Of a stretch of DNA of 64,000 bases, positions 28,361-37,893 are shown in pieces. A program made the position numbers and the translations under genes. A model generated the notes under the pieces. The model saw only the letters and a program-made list of their open reading frames with translations. It searched no databases and was not told the origin of the DNA. Source of the stretch: Candidatus Fervidifonticultor sextus. GTDB lineage: Bacteria; Sysuimicrobiota; Sysuimicrobiia; Sysuimicrobiales; Humicultoraceae. Each line of letters begins with the position of its first letter. Position 1 is the first letter of the stretch. The DNA lies in NCBI GenBank assembly GCA_031459875.1, contig JAVKHQ010000017.1:1-64000 (forward strand), in the 5' to 3' direction.

Positions 28361-29338
28361 CTAGAACCCTTCGAGGCCCCGTTCCTTGTAATAGCGGATC
28401 GCCCCCGGGTGGAAGGGCACCGGCGAACGGCCCGCCAGCCCGATCAGGGTGATGTTGGCCGCTTCCTTGTGGATCTGGGCCAGTTCCGCCCTGCGCTCGA
28501 AGAGGAGCTTCGTGATCTGGTAGGCCAGCTCCGCATTGAAGTCCTGGTGCACGACCAGGAGGTTGGCGACCCCGATGGTCGGAGCGTCCGCCGCCATGCC
28601 CGGGTAGAACTCCTTCTGGATCACCGACCTGAAGTACAGGTTGCCGTACTTCCGCTGGAGGGTCGGGACCAGGGCGTCCAGCGGGATGAGCCGGATGCGT
28701 ACGCCGGGTGAGGCCGCCAGGTCCAGGACCGACGCGGTGGGCAGCCCGCCGCTCCAGAAGAAGGCGTCGATCTTGCGGTCCTTGAGCGCGTCCACCGACG
28801 GAGCCACGCCCAGGCGCTCGCGGCGGATGTCGCGGTCGGGGTGGAGGCCGGCCGCCTCCAGGATGCGCAGCGCCGTGATCTCGGTCCCGCTGCCGGGCGC
28901 CCCGACCGAAACCCGCTTGCCGCGGAGGTCTGCGATGCTGGCGATCCCGCTGCCCTCGATGGTGACCAGGTGGTTGAAGTTGTTGTACAGCGGCGCCAGC
29001 GTCCTGATCGGGACCGGCGAGCCGCGGAAGACCTCCTCGCCCTTGAAGGCGTCGTATGCCGTATCCGCCAGCGTCAGGGCCAGGTCGGCCCGCTTGGCCT
29101 GGATCAGCCGCATGTTGTCCACCGAGGCCGGCGTGACTTCGGCCGTGGCGGTCACGCCCGGAATGTGCCGGGAAATGAGCGACGCCAGCCCGCCGCCCAG
29201 GGGGAAGTAGACGCCGCCGGTCCCGCCGGTCGCGATGGAGAGGCGCACCGCGGGGCCGGCGGAGACCGGGCCGGTTCCGCCCGACGCAGCGGCAAGGGCC
29301 AGGGTCGCCACGCATGCCAGGATGGAGAGCCTGCTCAC
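28361..29338 (-). CDS. TAXI family TRAP transporter solute-binding protein
   Basis: IATGGTGGVYFPLG, SVDN, SVGAPGSGTE, PFHPGAIRYY; GTG start after AGGAGG. Confidence 0.94.
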   Translation of the reverse strand: MSRLSILACVATLALAAASGGTGPVSAGPAVRLSIATGGTGGVYFPLGGGLASLISRHIPGVTATAEVTPASVDNMRLIQAKRADLALTLADTAYDAFKGEEVFRGSPVPIRTLAPLYNNFNHLVTIEGSGIASIADLRGKRVSVGAPGSGTEITALRILEAAGLHPDRDIRRERLGVAPSVDALKDRKIDAFFWSGGLPTASVLDLAASPGVRIRLIPLDALVPTLQRKYGNLYFRSVIQKEFYPGMAADAPTIGVANLLVVHQDFNAELAYQITKLLFERRAELAQIHKEAANITLIGLAGRSPVPFHPGAIRYYKERGLEGF

Positions 29339-29383
29339 AGGTATCCGCCTCCTTGCAGGCCTGTCCGATTTCAGCATTCAAGA

Positions 29384-29409
29384 ATTCTGGCTGCACGGGG
29401 GATAATCCT
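29384..29409 (-). promoter_or_regulatory. AGGA-N18-GAAT sigma-H-like promoter for the TAXI-TRAP operon
   Basis: CAGGA-TTATCCCCCGTGCAGCCA-GAAT on the minus strand. Confidence 0.55.
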
Positions 29410-29527
29410 GTCACGCCGGCCGTGGGGTCCCGGCCGGCCCGGGGACGGTGCCGCCGACACTCGCCCGGGGAGCGGCGGGCCGGCATGTCGAACAGAGGGG
29501 TAACGGCATCCAGTGGGAGGTGGAGCG

Positions 29528-29749
29528 ATGGAGGGACCCTGGGGGCGGATCATCGGGATCAGGGAACTCATGGAAAAGGCGGGGCTCGATCCCGCCAGCA
29601 AGGAAGACTTCGCCCGCACCATGAACTGGCTGCGCGCGCGCAAGATCCCGTTTGCCTCGATCGGCAGGGCGGTGCGGGGCCGTGCGAGGGGCGTTCTGAT
29701 CCTCGGCGACCACCTGGAGGCGGCGATCGGGAGGCGCCGCGGCGAGTAG
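29528..29749 (+). CDS. Small basic hypothetical protein, possibly MerR/excisionase-like HTH
   Basis: GGAGGT SD; 73 aa MEGPWGRIIGIRELMEKAG...WLRARKIPF..IG..VLILGDHLEAAI. Confidence 0.6.
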   Translation: MEGPWGRIIGIRELMEKAGLDPASKEDFARTMNWLRARKIPFASIGRAVRGRARGVLILGDHLEAAIGRRRGE

Positions 29750-29856
29750 GCTGTGCCGCGGCAGGCGGGCTGCGCTGCGGCGAGGGGACTGCGCTCGCGG
29801 CAGGCCCCCTCCATCCCCCTACACGTGTGCGGTCCTCGGCCGATATGATGGAGGGG

Positions 29857-30417
29857 ATGGAGCCTTCCATGGGCGTGCGGATCAAGCGGTGGACCCGCGA
29901 CGAGTACGAGCGGCTGGTCGCAGCCGGGCACTTCCATCCGGAGGCGCGTCTCCAGTTGATCTGGGGGGAGATCGTGGAGATGACGCCTCAAAGCGCCGCG
30001 CACGCCACGGCGGTGGATGCGGTGCTGCATGCGCTGCTGGACATCTTCCGTGAAGGCCATCAGGTCCGCGCACAGTTCCCGCTCGCCCTCTCCGACGACT
30101 CCGAGCCGGAACCCGATGTCGCCGTCGTCAGAGGGCACCGCGGGGACTACTCCCGGTCGCACCCGTCATCGGCGCTGCTGGTCGTGGAGGTCGCCGACAC
30201 GACCCTGGCGTTTGACCGCGGCCCCAAGCTGGCCATGTATGCCCTGGCCGGCATCCCGGAATACTGGATCCTGAATCTCCCCGACCGCGCACTCGAGGTC
30301 TATCGCGAACCGACAGGCGACCGGTACCGGGTCACGCGACGACTGGGCCCGCAGGAAACGGTGGCTCCTGTGGCGGCGCCTGACGTGTGCCTTCAGGTCG
30401 CCGATCTGTTGCCTTGA
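29857..30417 (+). CDS. Uma2 family endonuclease (DUF820)
   Basis: WTRDEY, EPEPDVAVV, LVVEVA, KL.MYA.AGIPEYWILN. Confidence 0.92.
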   Translation: MEPSMGVRIKRWTRDEYERLVAAGHFHPEARLQLIWGEIVEMTPQSAAHATAVDAVLHALLDIFREGHQVRAQFPLALSDDSEPEPDVAVVRGHRGDYSRSHPSSALLVVEVADTTLAFDRGPKLAMYALAGIPEYWILNLPDRALEVYREPTGDRYRVTRRLGPQETVAPVAAPDVCLQVADLLP

Positions 30418-30429
30418 GGGGTTGGGAGA

Positions 30430-31320
30430 CTACCGCAGCCGCGGATCCAGGACCTCGCGCAGCCCGTCGCCGACCAGGTTCAGCGACAGGACCGTCACGA
30501 AGATCGCCAGGCCGGGCCACAGGGCTAGCCACGGGGCCTTCCCCAGGTAGGCCTGCGCGATGTTGAGCATGGATCCCCACGACGGCGTCGGCGGCTGCGT
30601 GCCCAGGCCCAGGAAGGAGAGTGTGGCTTCGAAGGTGATCGCCACCGCCATCGCCAGCGAGGCCTGGACCAGCACCGGCGAGAGGCTGTTGGGCAGGATG
30701 TGCCGCCACAGGATGCGGCCGTCCGCCGCGCCCATGGCGCGCGCCGCCTCGACGTAGGCGCGCTCGCGCTCGCTCAGCACCTGCGCCCGGGCCAGGCGGA
30801 TGAAGCCCGGCGTGAACACGATCCCGATGGCGATCATCGCCTTGGTCAGCCCGGTGCCCAGCACGGCGGCGATGGCCAGCGCCAGCACCAGGAACGGGAA
30901 GGACAGCAGCGCGTCGGTGAGCCGCATGACGAAGTTGTCCGGCCACCCCCGGAAGTAGCCCGAGGCCAGCCCCAGGGGCATGCCCACGGCAATGGCCAGC
31001 CCCACCGACACGATGCCGGCCAGCACCGAGGTCCGGGCGCCGAAGATCACCCGGCTGAGGATGTCGCGGCCCAAATCGTCGGTCCCGAGCAGGTGCGCGC
31101 GGGATGGGGGCTCAAGCAGCCGCTGGAAGTCGGTCTTGGTGGGGTCTGCAGGCGCCACGTACGGCGCGAAGGCGGCCGAGAGCACGACGAGCCCCACCAC
31201 CCACAGGCCGACCAGCGCCAGCCGGTTGCGCGCGTACCGGTGCAGGAAGTAGCGGACCCCCACCGTGGGGAAGCCGGGCGCCACCCGTGGGGGGACCAGC
31301 GTGGTCTCCCGCATCGCCAT
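30430..31320 (-). CDS. dppC: Peptide ABC permease (DppC/OppC)
   Basis: HLLGTDDLGRD, YVEAARAMGA, HILPN, PSWG. Confidence 0.92.
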   Translation of the reverse strand: MAMRETTLVPPRVAPGFPTVGVRYFLHRYARNRLALVGLWVVGLVVLSAAFAPYVAPADPTKTDFQRLLEPPSRAHLLGTDDLGRDILSRVIFGARTSVLAGIVSVGLAIAVGMPLGLASGYFRGWPDNFVMRLTDALLSFPFLVLALAIAAVLGTGLTKAMIAIGIVFTPGFIRLARAQVLSERERAYVEAARAMGAADGRILWRHILPNSLSPVLVQASLAMAVAITFEATLSFLGLGTQPPTPSWGSMLNIAQAYLGKAPWLALWPGLAIFVTVLSLNLVGDGLREVLDPRLR

Positions 31321-31321
31321 G

Positions 31322-32278
31322 TTAGGATTCCTCCTCCACCAGGCGGATGCGGGGGTCGAGCAGCGAGTAGATCACGTCCACGGTGAAGTTCACGAACACG
31401 ATGGCGACGGCGCTGAACAGCACCACGCCCTGCACCATGGGGTAGTCGCGCGTCAGGATGGATTCGACGGCCAGCCGGCCGACCCCCGGCACCGCGAAGA
31501 TCGTCTCGGTGATGACCGCCCCGCCCAGCAGCCCGCCCAACTGCAACCCCATGACGGTCACGACGGGGATCATGGCGTTCTTCAAGGCGTGCCGGAGCAG
31601 CACGAACCGCTCCGCCAACCCCTTGGCGTGGGCGGTGCGGATGTACTCGGTCCCCATGACTTCCAGCAGGCTGGAGCGCAGCAGGCGCATGACCAGGGCG
31701 GCCAGCGCCGTTCCCAGCACCGTGGCCGGCAGGATCATCCTCTTGATGTTGCCCGCGGGATCGAGCCAGGGTTCGATGTAGCCCGACGGCGGCAGCCAGC
31801 GCAGGTTCACGGCGAACAGGTAGATCAGCATGATCCCCAGCCAGAAGTTTGGGATGGAGATGCCGGCCAAGGCGACGGTGGTGGCCGCATAGTCGATGGC
31901 CGAGTGGCGCCTCCAGGCCGCCAGGATCCCCGCGGGGATGGCGATGGCCCAGGCCACGGCCAGGGCGATGACCGCGAGTTCGACGGTCACCGGCAGTTTC
32001 AGCAGCAACACGTCCAGCACCGGACGGCGGTCGCGCACCGATCTTCCCAGATCCCCACGGACGAGCCGTCCCAGCCAGAGGCCGTAGCGGACTGCCAGCG
32101 GGCGGTCGAGCCCCATCTGCTGGCGCAGGGCTTCGACGGCTTCCTTGCCAGCCTCGGTCCCGGCCATGACGAGCGCCGGATCCCCGGGAATGAGGTTGAC
32201 GAGCGTAAAGACGATCACGGTGACCAGGAACAGGACCGGAATCGTCAGCAGGAGACGATGCGCGATGTACCGGGTCAT
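31322..32278 (-). CDS. dppB: Peptide ABC permease (DppB/OppB)
   Basis: PGDP, GLDRPL, GDLG.S, YIRTAHAKG, ETIF..PG.G, LDPRI. Confidence 0.93.
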   Translation of the reverse strand: MTRYIAHRLLLTIPVLFLVTVIVFTLVNLIPGDPALVMAGTEAGKEAVEALRQQMGLDRPLAVRYGLWLGRLVRGDLGRSVRDRRPVLDVLLLKLPVTVELAVIALAVAWAIAIPAGILAAWRRHSAIDYAATTVALAGISIPNFWLGIMLIYLFAVNLRWLPPSGYIEPWLDPAGNIKRMILPATVLGTALAALVMRLLRSSLLEVMGTEYIRTAHAKGLAERFVLLRHALKNAMIPVVTVMGLQLGGLLGGAVITETIFAVPGVGRLAVESILTRDYPMVQGVVLFSAVAIVFVNFTVDVIYSLLDPRIRLVEEES

Positions 32279-32556
32279 GCGTCAGGCCCGAAGGGCGTCA
32301 CCCACCCCGTGCCGCTCCGGGCGCGCCCAACGAAGCGTTGAGCCAGCCTCGCGAGCCAGAGGACGTAGCGGATCACAACCGGCCGGTCTTTGAGGGTTTC
32401 GTTGATCGCCCGGGCCTCTTCGACCCAGGGGGCGTGGCCCAACAGTTCCTGGGCGGGATCACCAGGGGGGAGATTGATCAGGGCAAACACGATCATACTG
32501 GCCGCCAGCAAGACGAAGATGACGAGCGCGAGGGCCTGAACGATGGACCGAGCCAT
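32275..32556 (-). CDS. Stand-alone DppB N-terminal domain protein (93 aa)
   Basis: MARSIVQ...IVFALINLPPGDPAQELLG...DRPVVIRYVLWL; GAGGG SD; stop overlaps dppB ATG (ATGA). Confidence 0.6.
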   Translation of the reverse strand: MARSIVQALALVIFVLLAASMIVFALINLPPGDPAQELLGHAPWVEEARAINETLKDRPVVIRYVLWLARLAQRFVGRARSGTGWVTPFGPDA

Positions 32557-32606
32557 GGACACCCTCGGGGAGGCGGCGGCCGCCGCCTCCCCCGGTTCCA
32601 GCAGTC

Positions 32607-34130
32607 TTATGGGTTCAGCCACACATGGCGGAACCGCATCATGCCGTCCGAGATATGGACGAATCCCTGCACCCTGCGACTGGCCACCTTGTACTCCTTG
32701 GGCCACCAGAGGTAGAGGAACGGGAGATCTTCGTTCAGGATCGTCAGAATCTCGGCGTAGGCTCGCTTGCGGTGCTCAGGGTTGGTGAGGATGCGGGAGG
32801 CGTCCAGCAGGGTGTCCACACGGGGGTTCGAGTACCCGCTGTAGTTCAACCCTCCGTCGGTGACCTGCATGGAGTAGATGTTGCCGTCGGGATCTGGCCG
32901 GCCGCTCCAGCCGATGCGGATCGCCTCGTACCTCCGCGTGTTCAGCTGGCTCAGGATGGTCCCGAACTCCACGATCTCGATACTGGCGCGGATCCCGGCC
33001 TCGCCGGCCATGGACTGGATCACCTGCCCGATCTGTTGCTGCACGCGCCCTGGCGTCACCCTCAGCGTGAACGCAAACCCGCCGGGCTGCCCGCCCTCGC
33101 GCAACTTTGCCCGCGCCAGGTCCAGATTCCGTTCCGGAATGCGACCGTTTGGACCCGCGTCCGACCCCAGGAGCCCTGGAGGGAAGGGGCCGTTGGCCGG
33201 GGTCACCGTCTCACCGAATACCACCCGTGCCAGCGTCCTGCGATCAATGGCGGCGTTGAAGGCCTGCCGGAGCGCCTTGATGTTGAACGGCGGCGCGGTC
33301 GTATTGATCCAGATCCCCTGGTACCCGAGCCCTTCCCGCTCCAGCAGCCTGACGGCCGTCTCCGTCCGGAGCGGTGGGACGTCGGTGGGGGCGAGTCGGT
33401 CGATGATGTCGAGTTCCCCTGCCTTCAGATTTGCCAGCAGCGCCTGCTCGTCGGTGATCGTCCGGTAGACGATGCGGTCCACGAAGCCCGCATTCCTGTC
33501 CCAGTGCCGATCGAACCGCTCGAGGACCACCCGTTCAAGGGGGCGCTTCTCGACGAACCGGTACGGACCGCTGCCGACCGGCTCGCGGGCGAAGTCACGG
33601 CCCAGCCGCCGTGCAGCCGTCGGCGAGACCATCATGCCGGCGCGGTCGCTGAGGACGGACAGGAACGGGCTGAACGGTTTCTCCAGGTCGATCTGCACTG
33701 TCAGCGGATCTACCACGGTCACCCGTTCGACCAGCGCCACCTCGCTGCGCCGCGGCGAGCCGAATGCTCGGTCCAGCATCCGCTCGAAGTTGTACTTCAC
33801 CGCATCCGCGTTGAACGGCGTGCCGTCATGGAAGACGACATTCGGCCGGAGCTTGAATGTGTAGGTGCGGCCGTTGTTGGTGATCGTCCACGACGTGGCC
33901 AGCATCGGGACGATCTCCAGATCCTGGTTGATGTCCACCAGCTTGTCGTACAGGTTTTGGAAGACCTGGCGGTCGACGGCGGCGGTGGACTGATGAGGGT
34001 CCATGTTCGGCGGGTCCTCTCCGAGTCCGACTCGGAGAATGCCCCCCCGGCGCGGCGTCTGAGCCGAGGCCAGCCCACCGGCCAGCGCCACCACCAGTGT
34101 TGCAACGAGAACTGCTCGGTTCACCCCCAT
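32607..34130 (-). CDS. Peptide ABC substrate-binding protein (DppA/GsiB-like)
   Basis: GGILR...MDPH, LATSW, FHDGTPFNA.AV, PVGSGPY, SGYSNP. Confidence 0.93.
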   Translation of the reverse strand: MGVNRAVLVATLVVALAGGLASAQTPRRGGILRVGLGEDPPNMDPHQSTAAVDRQVFQNLYDKLVDINQDLEIVPMLATSWTITNNGRTYTFKLRPNVVFHDGTPFNADAVKYNFERMLDRAFGSPRRSEVALVERVTVVDPLTVQIDLEKPFSPFLSVLSDRAGMMVSPTAARRLGRDFAREPVGSGPYRFVEKRPLERVVLERFDRHWDRNAGFVDRIVYRTITDEQALLANLKAGELDIIDRLAPTDVPPLRTETAVRLLEREGLGYQGIWINTTAPPFNIKALRQAFNAAIDRRTLARVVFGETVTPANGPFPPGLLGSDAGPNGRIPERNLDLARAKLREGGQPGGFAFTLRVTPGRVQQQIGQVIQSMAGEAGIRASIEIVEFGTILSQLNTRRYEAIRIGWSGRPDPDGNIYSMQVTDGGLNYSGYSNPRVDTLLDASRILTNPEHRKRAYAEILTILNEDLPFLYLWWPKEYKVASRRVQGFVHISDGMMRFRHVWLNP

Positions 34131-34338
34131 CACCCCCGTGTTGAGGCTGCCTTGGTCCCGGCGTCGCAAACCGACCCTTCGCGACGAGGCTCTCCTTCAC
34201 GACGTGACACTGAATTCCTCCTGCCGTGGTTCTTTGGGAGCCGCAGACTGCGTACTGATGGCCGGTCGGCACGGGTGTATGTCGTTGAGTTTCGGGAAAC
34301 CGTCGGAGGGTTGCTGCGGAGGCTTGTGGTCGTGCAGC

Positions 34339-35313
34339 CTAGCCCTCCGCCGCCCGTCTCACCGCGCGCACGTTCTCCTCGGGGGCGTCGATGGGGATCA
34401 CGCACCCGGCCGAGACGATGAACTTGCTGGCGCCGGCCTGGGCGACGGCGTCTCTGACCTCAGCGACCACCTGCTCGGCCGTGCCCTTCCCGATGGTGTC
34501 CATGGCGTCCACGCCCCCGGCCAGGGTGCCCGAGAACAGTTTCCGCGCCTCCTTCAGGGAGGGATCCGTGCGTCGGTCGTGCCAGTTGATGATCTGGACC
34601 GGGTAGTCGGTGAGCTGCTCGAACATGATGCGCTCGCCGTGAATGTGGAGCAGGATGATCTCCGCGTGCCGGGCCGCGTCCAGCACCCGCAGGTCGTAGG
34701 GCCGGGCGAACTCCTCGTACTCCTCGATGGTCATGTACGCCGTGGACGCGCACTGGGTGGCGAAGAACAGCCCGTCTGCCCCTGCGGCCAGGCATTCCTC
34801 GGCGAACTTGGCGGTGGCCTCCGAGATGATGTCCAGGCCCTCGTGGGTCTCGTCCACCGAGTCTCGCAGATAGCGCAGCAGCGCGGTCTCGCCGGCCAGG
34901 GTCCGGGCGATGGTGAGCGGGCTGAAGATCGTGGCCAGGAGCAAGTCGTCCGGGAGCGCCTTGCGCAGCAGGCGGATCGTCTTCAACTCGCGTCCGTGCG
35001 CGCCCGTGGTGACGTCGATCCGCTTGAGTTTGGGCCAGTCGGTCTCCTTCTTGATCGGCCGGTCGGTGTAGTGCCGGACGCCCTCCCGGTTGGGCCTGTA
35101 GGTGGAGCGCAGCCCCCAGTCATCACCGTAGTAGCCGCTGGCCGGTGTGATCTTCAGGAAGTCCCAGTCGTAGGTCTTGTAGAATGCCACGTGGGCCTCG
35201 GCCAGCGTCTCGGCGCGCTGGTCGGCCTCCGGGAAGTGCCGCCACAGCGCCACCGGCGGTCGGTCCACCTGCGCGCCGTCGATCGCGGCATACACCCGTT
35301 CACGTTTCGTCAC
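34339..35313 (-). CDS. Uroporphyrinogen decarboxylase/methyltransferase (URO-D/CIMS) superfamily protein, not canonical HemE
   Basis: MTKRERV...DRPPVALWRHF, TIFSP, GADGLF, ILLHIHG, FIVSAGC; lacks the HemE RQAGR motif. Confidence 0.82.
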   Translation of the reverse strand: MTKRERVYAAIDGAQVDRPPVALWRHFPEADQRAETLAEAHVAFYKTYDWDFLKITPASGYYGDDWGLRSTYRPNREGVRHYTDRPIKKETDWPKLKRIDVTTGAHGRELKTIRLLRKALPDDLLLATIFSPLTIARTLAGETALLRYLRDSVDETHEGLDIISEATAKFAEECLAAGADGLFFATQCASTAYMTIEEYEEFARPYDLRVLDAARHAEIILLHIHGERIMFEQLTDYPVQIINWHDRRTDPSLKEARKLFSGTLAGGVDAMDTIGKGTAEQVVAEVRDAVAQAGASKFIVSAGCVIPIDAPEENVRAVRRAAEG

Positions 35314-36372
35314 CTAATCACCGCTCCTTTCCTGCACCGAAGGCATCGGAACACGGCATGAGGGGTCAGGCGGGCGCCGCGCCGCCTGTCCGCCTGCCAG
35401 GATCGCGCGCAGCGCTTCCATGGTGATGTTCCCGCCACTGAGGATCAGCCCGACGTTGAGGCCGGCGATGCGGTCCACCAGCCGCCGCGCCGCGGCCACG
35501 GCCGCCGCGCCGGCCAGTTCGGCAACCTGTCCCGTAGTTTCGAGGAGGATGCGTATCCCTTCCTCCATCTCCTCGTCGGTGACCAGGACCAGGTCGTCCA
35601 GCCGTTCCCGCATCATGGCCAGGGTCAGCGCGAACGGCGCTCGGGTGGCCAGACCCTCCGCCCGGGTACTCAAGGTCTCGAAGCTCGTCCACCGCCCTTC
35701 CTTCCAGGAATGGTAGACCGCGGGAGCGCCGGCGGCCTGCACGCCGATGATCTGGATGCGAGGGTTGACCACCTTGGCTGCGATGGTGTGCCCGCAGGCG
35801 CCCGATCCGCCGCCGACCGGGACGACGATCACGTCCAGGTCGGGGACCGTCTCGATGAGTTCCAGGCTGGAGGTGGCCACCCCGGCGATCAGATGGGGCT
35901 CGTTGCCCGAGTGGACGTAGCGGTAGCCCTCGGCTTCGGCCGTACGCTCCACCCACTCGCGGGCGTCGTCGAAATCGCGACCCACCTCGACGATCTCGGC
36001 CCCGAAATCGCGCATGGCCTGGAGTTTGACCGGGTTGGCATTCTGGGGGACGCCGATGATCGCCCGGACGCCGAAGAGCGCGGCCGCATAGGCGATGGAC
36101 TGCCCGTGGTTGCCCGTGGAGGCGGTGATGACCCCGCGGGCGCGTTCGCGTGGCGAGAGGCGGGAGACCAGGTTGATGCCGCCACGGACCTTGAACGCCC
36201 GGGTGGGATTGGTGTTCTCGCACTTGACGAAGGCGCGGCAGCCCAGCAGGCGGTCGAGGGCCAAAGAGGTGACCACCGGCGTCGGCCGCAGGTACGGCGC
36301 GATGGCGCGGCGCGCGTCCAGGACGTCCTCGAACCGCGGCCAGGACGACGGCGGCCAGGGGCTACGACCCAT
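35314..36372 (-). CDS. PLP-dependent threonine/serine dehydratase family protein (no ACT domain)
   Basis: KCEN.NPT.AFKVRGG, STGNHG, PVGGGSG, SGGN. Confidence 0.9.
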   Translation of the reverse strand: MGRSPWPPSSWPRFEDVLDARRAIAPYLRPTPVVTSLALDRLLGCRAFVKCENTNPTRAFKVRGGINLVSRLSPRERARGVITASTGNHGQSIAYAAALFGVRAIIGVPQNANPVKLQAMRDFGAEIVEVGRDFDDAREWVERTAEAEGYRYVHSGNEPHLIAGVATSSLELIETVPDLDVIVVPVGGGSGACGHTIAAKVVNPRIQIIGVQAAGAPAVYHSWKEGRWTSFETLSTRAEGLATRAPFALTLAMMRERLDDLVLVTDEEMEEGIRILLETTGQVAELAGAAAVAAARRLVDRIAGLNVGLILSGGNITMEALRAILAGGQAARRPPDPSCRVPMPSVQERSGD

Positions 36373-37228
36373 AGCGCCTCCTCATGTACGCGAGGACCTC
36401 CCGGTCCACCAGATCGTCCTCGCGCCAGCGCTCTTCAAAGTTCTCGACGCCACACCAGCGGCGGAAGGCGTCCCTGGTCTGCGGGCCGTAGACCCCGTCG
36501 ATGGGACCCTGGTAGAAGCCCGCCTTCGCCAGCATCTGTTGAACCATGCGGGCCACGTTGCCTGCCAGGCGCGTCAGGTTGGCGGCGTTCGTCGGTCCGA
36601 AGTAGAGGCGGTGCAGGTCCAGCAGGCGGCGCAGTTCGTCCACCGGGGTGGGATGGTCGTCCACCCGCAGGTCGATGTAGCGGTCGAGGGTGCCACCGTA
36701 GGACCCCTTTTCCCTGGCCACATAGAGGGCGGCGGACTGCTGGCCGCGGCTGTCGCCGCCCGCCGCCTGTCCCGCGGCCAGCGCAGCCACCAGGCGCTCG
36801 GGCAGCGGGCCGGCGGTGTCCTCGAACGCCTCGGCCATCGTGCGGATGACCGCCTCGCCGACCAGGATATTGCCCTGGCAGGTGTAGCCGTCACCGGAGT
36901 TGTGTCCGGCCCAGGGCATGCACTCGCGGCCGGTCCAGGCCGCGGCCCGGCCTGCTGCGTCCACCACGCCCACCTGGCGGTGGTCCCGCCCCTCGTCGCC
37001 TTCGGTCAGCCGGCGGAGCACCTCTGGAGCCGGCAGTCCTTGCCCGAGCAGCGCCAGCCCGTCCGGTCCGAATGACAGGTTGGCCCAGGCCTGGGTGGCG
37101 ATCGCACCGACGCCCGCCCGTGCCCACGGGACCACGGCGCCGACGGCCAGGAACTTGCTGGCGACGGCGACACCGACTTCGCCGGTAGCCGGATCGCGCG
37201 CGACGATGGAAAAGGTCGAAGGCCGCAT
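36362..37228 (-). CDS. DUF1028 (Ntn-hydrolase-like) protein with C-terminal peptidoglycan-binding domain
   Basis: TFSIVA, GAIATQA, QGNIL, GGDSRGQQSA, DLRVDDH; DGVYGPQT. Confidence 0.9.
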   Translation of the reverse strand: MRPSTFSIVARDPATGEVGVAVASKFLAVGAVVPWARAGVGAIATQAWANLSFGPDGLALLGQGLPAPEVLRRLTEGDEGRDHRQVGVVDAAGRAAAWTGRECMPWAGHNSGDGYTCQGNILVGEAVIRTMAEAFEDTAGPLPERLVAALAAGQAAGGDSRGQQSAALYVAREKGSYGGTLDRYIDLRVDDHPTPVDELRRLLDLHRLYFGPTNAANLTRLAGNVARMVQQMLAKAGFYQGPIDGVYGPQTRDAFRRWCGVENFEERWREDDLVDREVLAYMRRRYGS

Positions 37229-37241
37229 CGCTTCCCACCCC

Positions 37242-37838
37242 CTAATCCGTCGGCTGGCGAACGGGGAAGTCGGAGACCAGGTAGAACCGTCCTTCCGCGT
37301 AGTCTACGACCAGGAGGGACAGGTCTGGCAACGTCTCCACCTGCTCCCGCGTCGCCAGTGTGTTGAGCAGGCTGGCGCGGAACGCCAGCAGGATGACGGG
37401 GTGGCCCACCACGAGCGTCGTGCGGCCGTAGTAGCGGTCGGCGGTGGCGCGCAGGGCCGCCCGCAGGCGGTCTGCCCCTTCGGCCAGCGACTCGCCCTCC
37501 GCGGACAGGTGGTAGGACTCGAAGAGGCGGTCCAGCCAGTCCGCGTAGTCCTGCGCCGTGGCGAGCACCGACGACGTGCGGATCTCGTCCAGGCCGTCCC
37601 GCCAGGTGAGCGGCACCTGCCGGATGGCGGAGATCGCCTCCGCCGTCTCCTGGCTGGCCCGCTGCGGGCTTGCGACGATGGCGTCGAAACGGGGAAGCGT
37701 CGAGGCCGCCAGTTCGGCATCCAGCAGGCCCTGGGCCGACAGCGGCGGGCCCTCGGCCCCGCTGCGCGTCCAGTCCACCGCCCCGCGGCAGAGGAGCAGC
37801 AGCCGTGTTTGCAGCGGCTCGAAGACCGGGGTTGCCAC
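37242..37838 (-). CDS. Histidine phosphatase-fold protein with degenerate RHG motif
   Basis: LLLCRG replaces RHG; retains PLS..G, SP.RA.ETA, L.E, GES, LVVGH. Confidence 0.75.
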   Translation of the reverse strand: MATPVFEPLQTRLLLLCRGAVDWTRSGAEGPPLSAQGLLDAELAASTLPRFDAIVASPQRASQETAEAISAIRQVPLTWRDGLDEIRTSSVLATAQDYADWLDRLFESYHLSAEGESLAEGADRLRAALRATADRYYGRTTLVVGHPVILLAFRASLLNTLATREQVETLPDLSLLVVDYAEGRFYLVSDFPVRQPTD

Positions 37839-37893
37839 AGCGGTCAGGTCCCGGCCGCCGGCGCCTCCGTGTGCGGCGGGTACCGGGCGAACG

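Noticed and set aside
34131..34338. Riboswitch upstream of dppA
   Set aside because: Only a weak hairpin; no TPP, SAM, cobalamin, FMN or T-box consensus visible
34339..35313. hemE assignment
   Set aside because: Lacks the RQAGR substrate-binding motif
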